From the NCBI RefSeq assembly GCF_058153355.1, contig NZ_CM177019.1: 64,000 nucleotides of DNA. One strand, written 5' to 3'. Each line of letters opens with the position of its first letter. Positions within the stretch are counted from its first letter, which is position 1. Under the pieces are notes generated by a model, which was not told the origin of the DNA, made no database searches, and worked only from the letters and a program-made list of their open reading frames with translations. Positions 22,553 through 34,213 of this stretch are shown piece by piece. Both the position numbers and the translations under genes were made by a program.

Positions 22553-22680
22553 AAGGCAGTATGACTTTCCGTGAGACAGATGCTGGCCAACGTGGGATAT
22601 TTAACGCGGGTTAACATCGTTGTCAGAGCCGCATGGGTGAGCTGTTGCTACACCCCGGTATTTCCACCACGGAGGCCAGC

Positions 22681-23808
22681 ATGAACAACAATAACACATT
22701 GTACGTCGGGTTAGATGTTCACAAAGAATCGATTACTGTCGCTTATGCTATCAATTCAGAACCTGTTGAACTGATGGGTAAAATTGGCACATCACCTACT
22801 GATATTCAGAATCTTTGTAAACGTCTCAGGTCAAAGTCATCGCAGGTCAGTATCGTTTATGAAGCGGGGCCCTGTGGTTATGGACTTTATCGTCGGCTGG
22901 TGAAATCCGGTTTTGACTGCATGGTCTGCGCCCCCTCACTTATCCCGAAAAAACCGGGGGAGCGGGTTAAAACCGATCGCCGTGATGCCATCAGACTTGT
23001 GCGTTCACTGCGTGCAGGAGATCTTTCTGCTGTCTACGTACCCGGCATTGAAGATGAGGCATTCCGGGATTTGGCCCGGGCATGGGCATCTGCCCGCGAT
23101 GATTTACGGCATGCAAGGCAACGTCTGAAATCGTTTCTTCTGGTTCATGGGGTCCATTATGTCGGGCGAGCAGATTGGGGCCCTGCACACCGACGCTGGC
23201 TCAGCAAATACTCATTCGAAAGTCCCTGGCGACAATTAGCTTTTGACGAACACCGTCGTACAATAGAAGACCGGCAGGCACAATGTGAACGGCTGGAATC
23301 CGCCCTGAAGGAGGCCGTTACCGAATGGAGGCTGTATCCGGTAGTAGAGGCGCTGCAAGCCATGCGAGGGATTCAGTTTATTACTGCGGTTGGATTAATT
23401 TCTGAACTGGGTGATCTGACCCGTTTTGAACATCCACGACAACTGATGTCATGGTTTGGTATCACGCCATCAGAATATTCATCGGGTGGAAGCAGACATC
23501 AGGGCAGCATTACCAAAGCCGGAAACAGCTATGCCAGAAAGCTATTGGTCGAGGCAGCGTGGAGTTACCGTCATCCGGCACGCATCAGTCCGGCAATACA
23601 AAAAAGGCAGGAAAATTTACCCCGCCCCGTCATTGACAGAGCATGGGATGCTCAACTCAGGCTTTGTAAGAGGTATCGAAAACTTCAGGCCAAAGGAAAG
23701 AATGTCAATATTACAATTGTTGCTGTTGCACGTGAGCTGGCGGGTTTTATCTGGGATATGGGCCGAATAGCAATGTCTGTCGCACAACAACCACAATGTC
23801 ACAAATAA
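22681..23808 (+). CDS. IS110-family transposase (DEDD recombinase)
   Basis: GGAGG SD; N-terminal YVGLDVHK motif typical of IS110-family RuvC-like domains; 375 aa. Element ends not determined. Confidence 0.8.
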   Translation: MNNNNTLYVGLDVHKESITVAYAINSEPVELMGKIGTSPTDIQNLCKRLRSKSSQVSIVYEAGPCGYGLYRRLVKSGFDCMVCAPSLIPKKPGERVKTDRRDAIRLVRSLRAGDLSAVYVPGIEDEAFRDLARAWASARDDLRHARQRLKSFLLVHGVHYVGRADWGPAHRRWLSKYSFESPWRQLAFDEHRRTIEDRQAQCERLESALKEAVTEWRLYPVVEALQAMRGIQFITAVGLISELGDLTRFEHPRQLMSWFGITPSEYSSGGSRHQGSITKAGNSYARKLLVEAAWSYRHPARISPAIQKRQENLPRPVIDRAWDAQLRLCKRYRKLQAKGKNVNITIVAVARELAGFIWDMGRIAMSVAQQPQCHK

Positions 23809-26012
23809 AAAATGAGAATAACCAGTTCCCTGAAGGCGACGTAGCCCGGTACAAGAGTAACCCACGTTAGCGCTTGGCGACGGCGGAACAAAGCTGATTC
23901 GCGACGTAAGAAAGTGGCAGGCTCATATGACGGACCTCTGTAATGCGGTATCCAACCCGCGAATATCAGCGTGATTCACCGTCGGATTTACTGCTACGTC
24001 GCCCTCAGGGAATTAAACCTAAAAAGAAAATCGTCAAAATTAGAGATTCCGGTTTGACACGGAAAGTCATATCAGCGTTAATGGAGAATCATATTGATGC
24101 TTATTTATTGGTGAGAACTACGTTCCATGGCAGGAGTTCATCAATACGGTTGGAAGGTTATTCCGGCAGTACGCTCAGGATATGGCGCAGATACGCTTCC
24201 GGATCAATGTCGTTCAGAAGGCAAGTGCCGATAAGCCCATACAACAGTGCACTGCGCTCGCCGCCGAAGAACATAAAGTTTTTATTTCCGAGACAGATGG
24301 CACAAAGGGCTTTTTCCGCGGCATTATGTCTGCCTCCGCCTGACCGTCAACACTGTAATAACAGAGTGCGCCCCACTGATTCAGTACACAGCTGAACCAT
24401 TCTCCCAGTCTGGATTTTTGGATAGCGTGGCATTTTTCTCCACCATGCATGCAGTGAGTCCAGTAACAGTTTGCTCTTCTTCTGCCTGACCACAAGATGT
24501 GCTGGACTGGTAAACGATGGGGATACCTGCTTACGCGAGAGCAATAAGTGGCTGGCCACAATTCTCGGTACAAAACTCTGCTGAATAGCAGCGATTTTCC
24601 CAGCGTGGTGCGTCGTTTGCATTTTACTGGTTCTAAGTTAACAATTATCTGTTCACTAATGACTACTCTAAAAACTTGTATCAGGACTATCACTTATTTA
24701 AGTGATATTGGTTGTCTGGAGATTCAGGGGGCCAGTCTATAAACTTTTTACAAAAGGATGAATGCAGAAGGTTACTCTAATGGCCAGAGTGATGACAATG
24801 ATGGTCAGACGTTGACCTGCAGAAACTGCATTTTAATTGGTCTATAAAGTCTGCAAGAGGAATCAGGGTCAGATCAGTGAGTCTTATCGCGGCCCGAAGC
24901 TATGACTGAAAGAAGGCTGGATACAGAATTGCAACAATTTGGCAATGTCAGAACACAGAAGCTTTGCAAGCAGGTGAAAGGTTATGTCTAGCAAAAGGAG
25001 TATATCAGAATACATCTACTGATGTACAAAACACAACAATAGCTTCATGATATATAAATACGTGATGACGAGTGGTACTCCGCATGGTTATTTAACTTCT
25101 CAGCACCACTAATGATCCTGAGCAACTTCGTATTTGGGCCATTGCCATGGAGTAGAAAGCTGTGTCTGAGAATGCAGAATTTGAGAAAAGAATTCGCTTT
25201 CTTGGAGAGCTTCTGAAAATGGCACGCTAACAACGTTTTGTTAAAAAATGTGAATCACTTGCCGGGGCTGCATTTTCTATTCGAGGAGAATGTTGACGTA
25301 GATATTACAGAAATCTCAGCGCATCAGGATAAACTGCTACCTTAGGTCAACCACCAAAAGAAAATACAATACGTCCAGTTTGTATGCCTTTAATAACACA
25401 TCTTTTAAATGTTGAAGAATTATCCCGCCTGCTGAAGAACGTTGCTCTGAGTGTGATAAACCTTTTTATTCTTGATGATGTCAGCGAGAAGATGGAATAT
25501 ATCCCCGACTGGGTCGTGGTTACCCGGTTAAACATCTGGTGGCGCTAATAAATCTGGCAAGTCACATTCTGTTGAATGCTGTGACAGTGCCTTACCGAGA
25601 GAGCGAAATTGTGGTGTTCTAGTGCATAGTCGCCACCATTCCGGATAATTCTATTGCGTTGTTTTACAAGTTCTTTTACAGCGCAGATCTGTCGCTGACG
25701 TTGAATCAATAGCCTGGATTTCAGAACACAATGCCCGTTTGCTGGTTGGTCCGGCAGTAGCATTAATTCATTATCTGAATGAAATGTGTCAATCCACAGA
25801 AACCGCTGTCAATGACACATTTTGTCGGACGTTAACACGAGAAAGTCTGGCTATTCCGTAATGCCATCTTATTTCGTAATGGATTGAGAATGCTGGATTT
25901 TTAATTATATTACGCGCAGTATTAATCGCGTAAATGTTTTGCGGTCAGCAACGGTGGGGGATCCATTGTTCTGTTCAATGAATACCATCATACATTTGAA
26001 TCAGGAGTCGGT

Positions 26013-26558
26013 ATGATGATTTTGGTGACGGGGGGCGCACGGAGCGGGAAGAGTCGCCACGCAGAGGCGCTTATTGGGGACTCTTCACAGGTTCTGTATA
26101 TCGCTACCTCGCAAATCCTTGATGATGAGATGGCTGCACGGATAGAACATCATCGGCAAGGCCGCCCGGCGCACTGGCGCACAGTGGAGCGCTGGCAACA
26201 TCTTGATGAATTAATTCATGCAGACATTAACCCGAATGAGGTTGTGTTGCTGGAATGCGTTACCACAATGGTGACTAATCTGTTGTTTGATTATGGCGGC
26301 GATAAAGACCCTGATGAATGGGATTATCAGGCGATGGAACAGGCGATTAATGCTGAGATTCAGTCGTTGATTGCTGCCTGCCAACGTTGCCCCGCAAAGG
26401 TTGTATTAGTGACTAACGAAGTGGGAATGGGGATTGTGCCGGAGAGTCGTCTGGCACGACATTTTCGTGATATTGCCGGGCGGGTAAATCAGCAGTTGGC
26501 CGCTGCGGCAAATGAAGTATGGCTGGTGGTTTCGGGTATTGGAGTAAAAATCAAATGA
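26013..26558 (+). CDS. cobU: adenosylcobinamide kinase / adenosylcobinamide-phosphate guanylyltransferase CobU
   Basis: 181-aa product with P-loop GGARSGKS; overlaps the cobS start by 4 bp. Confidence 0.95.
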   Translation: MMILVTGGARSGKSRHAEALIGDSSQVLYIATSQILDDEMAARIEHHRQGRPAHWRTVERWQHLDELIHADINPNEVVLLECVTTMVTNLLFDYGGDKDPDEWDYQAMEQAINAEIQSLIAACQRCPAKVVLVTNEVGMGIVPESRLARHFRDIAGRVNQQLAAAANEVWLVVSGIGVKIK

Positions 26559-27322
26559 GTAAATTATTTTGGGCGATGCTCTCATTTATTACGCGTCTGC
26601 CTGTACCGCGTCGCTGGTCCCAGGGACTGGATTTCGAGCATTATTCTCGCGGTATTATTACTTTTCCTTTAATTGGATTATTGCTTGGCGCGATTAGCGG
26701 GCTGGTCTTCATGGTGCTGCAGGCATGGTGTGGCGTACCACTGGCGGCACTGTTTAGCGTACTTGTGCTGGCGCTGATGACCGGGGGATTCCACCTGGAC
26801 GGCCTCGCCGATACCTGTGATGGCGTATTTTCTGCACGTAGCCGCGATCGCATGTTGGAAATCATGCGTGATAGCCGTTTAGGCACCCATGGCGGTCTGG
26901 CATTGATTTTTGTTGTACTGGCAAAGATTCTGGTATTAAGCGAGTTGGCTCTGCGTGGCGAACCGATCCTTGCATCGCTGGCGGCAGCATGTGCGGTCAG
27001 CCGCGGGACTGCCGCATTATTGATGTATCGTCATCGTTATGCGCGGGAAGAAGGGCTTGGCAATGTGTTCATTGGCAAAATTGATGGGCGACAAACCTGC
27101 GTCACACTCGGCTTAGCCGCTATTTTTGCTGCCGTATTATTGCCGGGTATGCATGGTGTGGCTGCTATGGTGGTGACGATGGTGGCGATTTTCATCCTCG
27201 GTCAGCTTCTCAAACGTACGCTGGGCGGGCAAACCGGCGATACGCTGGGAGCTGCTATAGAGCTTGGTGAACTGGTCTTCCTGCTGGCACTGCTATCTGG
27301 CACTGCTATAAAGAGACGTGAC
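26555..27322 (+). CDS. cobS: cobalamin 5'-phosphate synthase CobS; stop codon lost, frame runs on into cobT
   Basis: Matches recalled CobS to ...ELVFLLALL; a 13-bp tandem duplication at 27284..27309 shifts the frame past the expected TAA, so the ORF continues to 28402. Confidence 0.85.
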
Positions 27323-28402
27323 ATGCAAACACTTGCCGATTTACTGAATACGATCCCTGCTATCGATCCTGCCGCTATGTCGCGTGCACAACGGCATATT
27401 GACGGGTTACTCAAACCTGTTGGTAGCCTGGGAAGGCTGGAGGCGCTTGCCATACAACTGGCGGGAATGCCGGGGTTGAATGGCATACCGCATGTGGGCA
27501 AAAAAGCGGTACTGGTTATGTGTGCCGATCACGGCGTCTGGGAGGAAGGGGTCGCTATTTCCCCAAAAGAAGTGACAGCCATTCAGGCTGAAAATATGAC
27601 CCGCGGAACAACCGGCGTGTGTGTGCTGGCAGCACAAGCGGGCGCTAACGTCCACGTAGTTGATGTTGGTATTGATAGTGCTGAGCCTATCCCCGGGCTT
27701 ATCAACATGCGTGTCGCACGAGGTAGCGGCAATATTGCTTCAGCTCCGGCAATGAGTCGCCGTCAGGCTGAAAAGTTGCTTTTGGACGTCATATGTTATA
27801 CGCGGGAGCTGGCAAAAAACGGTGTCACGCTGTTTGGTGTAGGTGAACTGGGGATGGCAAACACGACACCGGCAGCGGCAATAGTCAGCACAATCACTGG
27901 CCGGGATCCTGAAGAAGTGGTTGGGATTGGCGCAAACCTGCCGACAGATAAACTGGCTAATAAAATTGATGTTGTGCGCCGGGCGATTACGTTGAATCAA
28001 CCAAATCCGCAGGATGGCGTTGATGTCCTGGCAAAAGTGGGTGGATTTGATTTGGTCGGAATGGCTGGCGTGATGTTAGGCGCTGCTTCCTGCGGTTTAC
28101 CCGTGTTGCTGGATGGATTTCTTTCTTATGCTGCCGCGCTCGCAGCCTGCCAGATGTCTCCTGCAATCAAACCGTATCTCATTCCTTCTCACCTGTCGGC
28201 AGAAAAAGGGGCGCGTATTGCGCTGTCGCATTTGGGGCTGGAGCCTTATCTCAATATGGAGATGCGTTTAGGTGAGGGGAGTGGCGCAGCTCTGGCGATG
28301 CCCATCATCGAAGCTGCCTGTGCGATATATAACAACATGGGCGAACTTGCTGCCAGTAATATTGTTCTACCGGGGAATACGACTTCTGATTTGAACAGTT
28401 AA
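27323..28402 (+). CDS. cobT: nicotinate-nucleotide--dimethylbenzimidazole phosphoribosyltransferase CobT
   Basis: 359-aa product from the ATG at 27323 ([15 protein letters not shown]...); in frame with the read-through cobS frame. Confidence 0.9.
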   Translation: MQTLADLLNTIPAIDPAAMSRAQRHIDGLLKPVGSLGRLEALAIQLAGMPGLNGIPHVGKKAVLVMCADHGVWEEGVAISPKEVTAIQAENMTRGTTGVCVLAAQAGANVHVVDVGIDSAEPIPGLINMRVARGSGNIASAPAMSRRQAEKLLLDVICYTRELAKNGVTLFGVGELGMANTTPAAAIVSTITGRDPEEVVGIGANLPTDKLANKIDVVRRAITLNQPNPQDGVDVLAKVGGFDLVGMAGVMLGAASCGLPVLLDGFLSYAAALAACQMSPAIKPYLIPSHLSAEKGARIALSHLGLEPYLNMEMRLGEGSGAALAMPIIEAACAIYNNMGELAASNIVLPGNTTSDLNS

Positions 28403-28466
28403 AAACGAAAAGTCTGATAAAAGCTATACTTAACGGATAGCTTTCGCGACTTAGGAAAGGGACATG

Positions 28467-29399
28467 ATGCGTCGTGTAAATATTTTTTGCTCATTTGCTC
28501 TGCTTTTTGCCAGCCAAAATAGCCTGGCGGTAACTTATCCATTACCTCCAGAGGGTAGCCGTTTAGTGGGGCAGTCGCTTACTGTAACTGTTCCTGATCA
28601 CAATACTCAGCCGCTGGAGACTTTTGCCGCACAATACGGGCAAGGGTTAAGTAATATGCTGGAAGCGAATCCGGGCGCTGATGTTTTTTTGCCGAAGCCT
28701 GGCTCACAACTCACCATTCCGCAGCAACTGATTTTGCCCGCCACTGTTCGTAAAGGGATTGTGGTTAACGTCGCTGAAATGCGTCTTTATTACTATCCGC
28801 CAGACAGTAATACAGTGGAAGTCTTTCCTATTGGTATCGGCCAGGCTGGGCGAGAAACCCCGCGTAACTGGGTGACTACCGTTGAACGTAAACAAGAAGC
28901 ACCAACCTGGACGCCAACGCCGAACACCCGGCGCGAATATGCGAAACGAGGGGAGAGTTTGCCCGCATTTGTTCCTGCGGGGCCCGATAACCCCATGGGG
29001 CTGTACGCGATTTATATTGGCAGGTTGTATGCCATCCACGGTACCAATGCCAATTTTGGTATTGGGCTCCGTGTAAGTCAGGGCTGTATTCGTCTGCGTA
29101 ATGACGATATCAAATATCTGTTTGATAATGTTCCTGTAGGCACTCGTGTACAAGTTATTGATCAGCCAGTGAAATACACAACGGAACCGGATGGTTCAAA
29201 GTGGCTGGAAGTTCATGAGCCGCTGTCGCGCAATCGTGCAGAATATGAGTCTGACCGAAAAGTGCCATTGCCGGTAACCCCATCTTTGCGGGCGTTTATC
29301 AACGGGCAAGAAGTTGATGTAAATCGCGCAAATGCTGCGTTGCAACGTCGATCGGGAATGCCTGTGCAAATTAGTTCTGGTTCAAGACAGATGTTTTAA
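28467..29399 (+). CDS. ldtA: L,D-transpeptidase LdtA (ErfK)
   Basis: Signal peptide, LysM-like N-terminus and YkuD catalytic motif HGT...SQGCIRL. Confidence 0.9.
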   Translation: MRRVNIFCSFALLFASQNSLAVTYPLPPEGSRLVGQSLTVTVPDHNTQPLETFAAQYGQGLSNMLEANPGADVFLPKPGSQLTIPQQLILPATVRKGIVVNVAEMRLYYYPPDSNTVEVFPIGIGQAGRETPRNWVTTVERKQEAPTWTPTPNTRREYAKRGESLPAFVPAGPDNPMGLYAIYIGRLYAIHGTNANFGIGLRVSQGCIRLRNDDIKYLFDNVPVGTRVQVIDQPVKYTTEPDGSKWLEVHEPLSRNRAEYESDRKVPLPVTPSLRAFINGQEVDVNRANAALQRRSGMPVQISSGSRQMF

Positions 29400-29420
29400 G
29401 AGCGTTGATAATTAGAAAGT

Positions 29421-29449
29421 AAAAAGCCTGCTCGAAAGCAGGCTTTTTT
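29421..29449. terminator. bidirectional rho-independent terminator between ldtA and tRNA-Asn
   Basis: Hairpin AGCCTGC-TCGAA-GCAGGCT flanked by an A-run and a T-run. Confidence 0.8.
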
Positions 29450-29454
29450 GAATT

Positions 29455-29530
29455 TGGCTCCTCTGACTGGACTCGAACCAGTGACATACGGATTAACAGT
29501 CCGCCGTTCTACCGACTGAACTACAGAGGA
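29455..29530 (-). tRNA. asnV: tRNA-Asn (GUU)
   Basis: 76-nt exact match to the E. coli tRNA-Asn sequence, with anticodon loop CUGUUAA and 3' CCA encoded. Confidence 0.97.
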
Positions 29531-29856
29531 ATCGTGTGAACGGGGCGCATATTAATGGCAGTGCATGGTGATGTCAAAGGGTGAAATGCATTTTTTTGTT
29601 TGTTTGCTGCCAATTTCAACAAAGTGGTGAGCTTTCAATCTTATTGGGTAATGAACCATCGTGGTGCATACCCTCCTTTTATAGGGCAGGTGAATGCGAC
29701 TGCAGATAAAAAGAGCCAATGACGAATCTATCATAATCTCTTATTTGACAGTTGGTTAGCTTGCGCATCAACGCCAAAATAGAACTGGCAAGCATCTTGC
29801 ATTCTGGTTGTAAGTAATGGCGGCACTTGGGCCGACTCTTAAAAACCGGAGGCAAC

Positions 29857-30774
29857 ATGAACTTCAGACGCCTGAAATACTTCGTAAAAATTGTAGATAT
29901 TGGTAGCCTGACCCAGGCTGCTGAAGTATTGCATATCGCACAACCAGCGCTCAGCCAGCAGGTTGCCACACTGGAAGGTGAGTTTAATCAACAACTTTTG
30001 ATTCGCACAAAACGGGGCGTTACGCCAACTGACGCCGGAAAAATTCTCTATACCCATGCGCGGGCCATTTTACGTCAGTGTGAGCAGGCCCAACTGGCGG
30101 TGCATAACGTTGGTCAGGCATTATCGGGGCAAGTCTCGATTGGCTTTGCGCCAGGAACCGCTGCGTCATCCATCACCATGCCCTTATTACAGGCGGTTCG
30201 CGCTGAATTCCCGGAGGTCGTTATCTATCTTCATGAAAATAGCGGTGCAGTGCTTAACGAAAAACTGATAAATCACCAACTCGATATGGCGGTGATTTAT
30301 GAGCATTCCCCTGTGGCTGGTGTATCCAGTCAGGCTTTACTGAAAGAAGATCTTTTCCTGGTAGGGACTCAAGATTGTCCGGGGCAAAGCGTTGATGTTA
30401 ATGCTATTGCGCAAATGAACCTCTTTCTTCCCAGTGATTACAGTGCTGTTAGACTTCGTGTTGATGAGGCTTTTTCCCTACGGCGACTCACGGCAAAAGT
30501 CATTGGTGAAATTGAGTCTATTGCCACGCTTACCGCAGCGATTGCCAGCGGCATGGGCGTTGCAGTATTACCCGAATCGGCCGCGCGTTCGTTATGTGGC
30601 GCAGTAAACGGGTGGATGTCACGCATTACCACACCTTCCATGAGTCTCTCTTTGTCATTAAATTTACCCGCCAGAGCGAACTTATCACCACAGGCACAGG
30701 CAGTGAAAGAGTTGTTAATGTCAGTGATGAGTTCTCCAGTGATGGAAAAAAGGCAGTGGCAATTGGTGAGCTAA
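29857..30774 (+). CDS. nac: LysR-type nitrogen assimilation regulator Nac
   Basis: 305-aa LysR-family protein with N-terminal HTH; GGAGG SD; recalled Nac sequence and K-12 synteny. Confidence 0.9.
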   Translation: MNFRRLKYFVKIVDIGSLTQAAEVLHIAQPALSQQVATLEGEFNQQLLIRTKRGVTPTDAGKILYTHARAILRQCEQAQLAVHNVGQALSGQVSIGFAPGTAASSITMPLLQAVRAEFPEVVIYLHENSGAVLNEKLINHQLDMAVIYEHSPVAGVSSQALLKEDLFLVGTQDCPGQSVDVNAIAQMNLFLPSDYSAVRLRVDEAFSLRRLTAKVIGEIESIATLTAAIASGMGVAVLPESAARSLCGAVNGWMSRITTPSMSLSLSLNLPARANLSPQAQAVKELLMSVMSSPVMEKRQWQLVS

Positions 30775-30875
30775 GCGTTATATCGGGATGGAATAAGATG
30801 CGGGTTTTTATTATTTGTTATGCCGGGCATTAGACTTTAACAATAACGGAAAATCTGAACTGCCCGGAGTTTACC

Positions 30876-31826
30876 GTGAATTTCCAACAACTAAAGATAA
30901 TCCGCGAGGCTGCACGTCAGGATTACAACCTGACAGAGGTTGCGAATATGCTTTTTACCTCACAGTCCGGCGTCAGCCGTCATATTCGGGAACTGGAGGA
31001 TGAACTTGGCATCGAAATATTTGTTCGACGAGGTAAGCGACTGCTGGGCATGACTGAACCGGGCAAAGCATTACTGGTCATTGCAGAACGTATTCTGAAT
31101 GAAGCCAGTAATGTTCGTCGGCTTGCAGACCTGTTTACCAACGATACGTCTGGCGTTCTCACTATTGCAACGACGCATACTCAGGCACGTTATAGTTTGC
31201 CAGAGGTCATTAAATCTTTTCGCGAACTTTTCCCGGAGGTTCGGCTCGAGCTAATCCAGGGGACGCCACAGGAAATTGCGACGTTGTTGCATAATGGTGA
31301 AGCTGATATTGGTATCGCCAGCGAGCGTTTGAGTAATGACCCGCAGCTCGTCGCCTTCCCGTGGTTTCGTTGGCACCATAGTTTGCTTGTTCCACTCGAT
31401 CATCCCTTGACGCAAATTACACCATTGACGCTGGAATCAATAGCGAAGTGGCCGTTAATCACTTACCGACAGGGGATTACGGGGCGCTCACGTATTGATG
31501 ACGCATTTGCCCGCAAAGGTTTGCTGGCAGATATTGTATTAAGTGCGCAGGATTCTGATGTCATTAAAACCTATGTTGCTCTTGGGCTTGGGATCGGAAT
31601 AGTTGCCGAACAATCCAGCGGTGAACAAGAGGAAAAGAATTTAATCCGCCTGGATACGCGGCATCTTTTTGATGCTAATACTGTCTGGTTGGGACTGAAG
31701 CGAGGACAACTTCAGCGTAACTATGTCTGGCGCTTTCTGGAACTTTGTAATGCAGGGCTTTCAGTTGAGGATATCAAGCGGCAGGTGATGGAAAACAGTG
31801 AAGAGGAAATTGATTATCAGATATAG
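30876..31826 (+). CDS. cbl: LysR-type regulator Cbl (CysB-like)
   Basis: 316-aa LysR-family protein; recalled Cbl sequence and synteny. Confidence 0.9.
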   Translation: MNFQQLKIIREAARQDYNLTEVANMLFTSQSGVSRHIRELEDELGIEIFVRRGKRLLGMTEPGKALLVIAERILNEASNVRRLADLFTNDTSGVLTIATTHTQARYSLPEVIKSFRELFPEVRLELIQGTPQEIATLLHNGEADIGIASERLSNDPQLVAFPWFRWHHSLLVPLDHPLTQITPLTLESIAKWPLITYRQGITGRSRIDDAFARKGLLADIVLSAQDSDVIKTYVALGLGIGIVAEQSSGEQEEKNLIRLDTRHLFDANTVWLGLKRGQLQRNYVWRFLELCNAGLSVEDIKRQVMENSEEEIDYQI

Positions 31827-31827
31827 C

Positions 31828-31856
31828 AAAAAGCCCGCTATAAAAGCGGGCTTTTC
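31828..31856. terminator. bidirectional rho-independent terminator between cbl and tRNA-Asn
   Basis: Hairpin AGCCCGC-TATAAA-GCGGGCT followed by TTTT. Confidence 0.8.
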
Positions 31857-31863
31857 AGAAATT

Positions 31864-31939
31864 TGGCTCCTCTGACTGGACTCGAACCAGTGACATACGG
31901 ATTAACAGTCCGCCGTTCTACCGACTGAACTACAGAGGA
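31864..31939 (-). tRNA. asnU: tRNA-Asn (GUU)
   Basis: 76-nt sequence identical to the other tRNA-Asn copies. Confidence 0.97.
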
Positions 31940-32099
31940 ATCGCTGTTGAGGCACATCTTAACGGCGAAAAATCTTTTGTCAAACCCGATTTTTAATTTT
32001 CCCAACTGTTTGCCGTTTCTATCAACAGTTTGTTGCATTTGCAGACAATTTGTTGGCGAAAATCTTTGCAGCTTTGCTGATTCTCCCTCATTATTTGAA

Positions 32100-33587
32100 A
32101 TGTGGTTTCACTTTCTGCAATTAAGGTCGGCTTTGAATATCTCCTCTGCTTTACGCCAGGTTGTTCACGGCACTCGCTGGCACGCTAAACGCAAGAGCTA
32201 CAAAGTGTTGTTCTGGCGCGAGATAACCCCGCTTGCTGTTCCTATCTTCATGGAGAATGCCTGTGTCCTGTTGATGGGGGTTCTGAGCACTTTTCTGGTC
32301 AGCTGGCTGGGAAAAGATGCGATGGCCGGCGTGGGATTGGCGGACAGCTTCAATATGGTCATTATGGCTTTTTTTGCTGCTATCGATCTTGGTACTACTG
32401 TCGTTGTGGCATTTAGTCTCGGTAAGCGGGATCGACGACGAGCGAGGGTGGCGACGCGGCAGTCATTGGTGATCATGACGTTGTTTGCCGTACTGTTGGC
32501 AACGCTTATTCATCATTTTGGCGAGCAAATTATTGATTTCGTCGCGGGTGATGCCACGACAGAAGTTAAAGCACTGGCGTTGACTTATCTGGAGCTGACG
32601 GTACTCAGTTATCCAGCAGCTGCCATCACTTTGATTGGTAGCGGGGCACTTCGTGGTGCAGGGAATACGAAAATACCGCTACTGATTAACGGTAGCCTGA
32701 ATATTCTTAATATTATTATTAGCGGCATATTGATTTACGGCCTTTTCTCCTGGCTGGGACTGGGATTTGTCGGGGCTGGGTTGGGGTTAACCATTTCTCG
32801 TTATATTGGCGCAGTGGCAATTTTGTGGGTGCTGGCGATTGGTTTTAATCCTGCGCTAAGGATTTCGTTAAAGAGCTATTTTAAACCGCTGAATTTTAGC
32901 ATTATCTGGGAAGTCATGGGGATTGGTATTCCCGCGAGTGTCGAATCAGTGTTATTTACCAGTGGTCGGTTATTAACCCAAATGTTCGTTGCCGGGATGG
33001 GGACCAGTGTTATTGCCGGAAATTTTATCGCGTTTTCAATTGCGGCTCTTATCAACTTACCCGGAAGTGCGCTCGGCTCTGCTTCTACGATCATTACAGG
33101 CCGAAGGTTGGGTGTAGGACAGATAGCGCAAGCAGAGATTCAGTTGCGGCATGTGTTCTGGCTTTCCACTCTTGGATTAACGGCCATCGCCTGGCTAACG
33201 GCTCCCTTTGCCGGGGTTATGGCATCGTTTTACACCCAGGATCCACAGGTTAAACATGTCGTTGTGATTCTGATTTGGCTAAATGCTTTATTTATGCCTA
33301 TTTGGTCTGCCTCATGGGTGCTACCCGCTGGATTTAAGGGTGCTCGCGATGCACGTTACGCCATGTGGGTTTCTATGTTGAGCATGTGGGGTTGCCGGGT
33401 TGTAGTCGGTTATGTGCTGGGAATCATGCTTGGCTGGGGTGTGGTTGGTGTCTGGATGGGAATGTTTGCCGACTGGGCTGTGCGGGCCGTGCTGTTTTAC
33501 TGGCGCATGGTTACTGGACGTTGGCTGTGGAAATACCCTAGACCTGAGCCGCAAAAGTGTGAAAAAAAGCCAGTTGTGTCGGAATAA
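32100..33587 (+). CDS. yeeO: MATE-family efflux transporter YeeO
   Basis: 495-aa polytopic membrane protein; start set at MWFHFLQ because the longer track ORF overlaps the tRNA gene. Confidence 0.85.
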   Translation: MWFHFLQLRSALNISSALRQVVHGTRWHAKRKSYKVLFWREITPLAVPIFMENACVLLMGVLSTFLVSWLGKDAMAGVGLADSFNMVIMAFFAAIDLGTTVVVAFSLGKRDRRRARVATRQSLVIMTLFAVLLATLIHHFGEQIIDFVAGDATTEVKALALTYLELTVLSYPAAAITLIGSGALRGAGNTKIPLLINGSLNILNIIISGILIYGLFSWLGLGFVGAGLGLTISRYIGAVAILWVLAIGFNPALRISLKSYFKPLNFSIIWEVMGIGIPASVESVLFTSGRLLTQMFVAGMGTSVIAGNFIAFSIAALINLPGSALGSASTIITGRRLGVGQIAQAEIQLRHVFWLSTLGLTAIAWLTAPFAGVMASFYTQDPQVKHVVVILIWLNALFMPIWSASWVLPAGFKGARDARYAMWVSMLSMWGCRVVVGYVLGIMLGWGVVGVWMGMFADWAVRAVLFYWRMVTGRWLWKYPRPEPQKCEKKPVVSE

Positions 33588-33687
33588 ACGACAAAGTGCA
33601 GATTATTTCAGCAAACGATTTCAAATTTAAAAAACAGGCTTTGACATTGTGGATGGGCGTCGCTAATATTCGCCTCGTTCTCACGAT

Positions 33688-33763
33688 TCCTCTGTAGTTC
33701 AGTCGGTAGAACGGCGGACTGTTAATCCGTATGTCACTGGTTCGAGTCCAGTCAGAGGAGCCA
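33688..33763 (+). tRNA. asnW: tRNA-Asn (GUU)
   Basis: 76-nt TCCTCTGTAGTTCAGTCGGTAGAACGGCGGACTGTTAATCCGTATGTCACTGGTTCGAGTCCAGTCAGAGGAGCCA. Confidence 0.97.
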
Positions 33764-34213
33764 AATTTTAGTTTTGAGACATCTCTATGAGTCTCAAGAC
33801 AGTTAAAAAATAAAAATTATTTTTACCCGGTTACCTTGTAAAAAAGTGACTGGGTTTTTTGATTTCTGTGTTTCGTGCGCTTAATCGAGTCTCACGCTTC
33901 AGTTAGCAAATTGCCCCCCAACAGACATCACGATTCGCAAGGTCAAAAAATTCGTTCCGTGAAGTACCGTACAAAGGTATAGAGAAAAATGCCTTATGCG
34001 GGATGTTGCTGTCGCGTTTTTATCGGGAAACTAAACGTAATTGCCACTTTGTCTTCTGTAATCAGAAAAAGAAAACCTGGAATTTTAATAAATATTATTT
34101 CTCTGGGGCCGGTATTTTTATAATCAATATGACGAGTTGAATATTATATTTATTATAAGAATCATATGAGATTAAAGAAATCTGCCATAAAGACAGATTT
34201 CTTTAAAATATAA

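Noticed and set aside
23943-24693. Overlapping ORFs downstream of the IS110-family element
   Set aside because: Mutually overlapping on both strands with no recognisable domains; likely pseudogene debris at the edge of the CP4-like element.
26519-26554. N-terminal extension of cobS
   Set aside because: The canonical cobS ATG at 26555 overlaps the cobU stop (ATGA); the extension is just cobU coding sequence read in another frame.
31947-32099. N-terminal extension of the yeeO ORF
   Set aside because: The extension overlaps the tRNA-Asn gene at 31864..31939; the start at 32100 (MWFHFLQ) gives the expected 495-aa protein.
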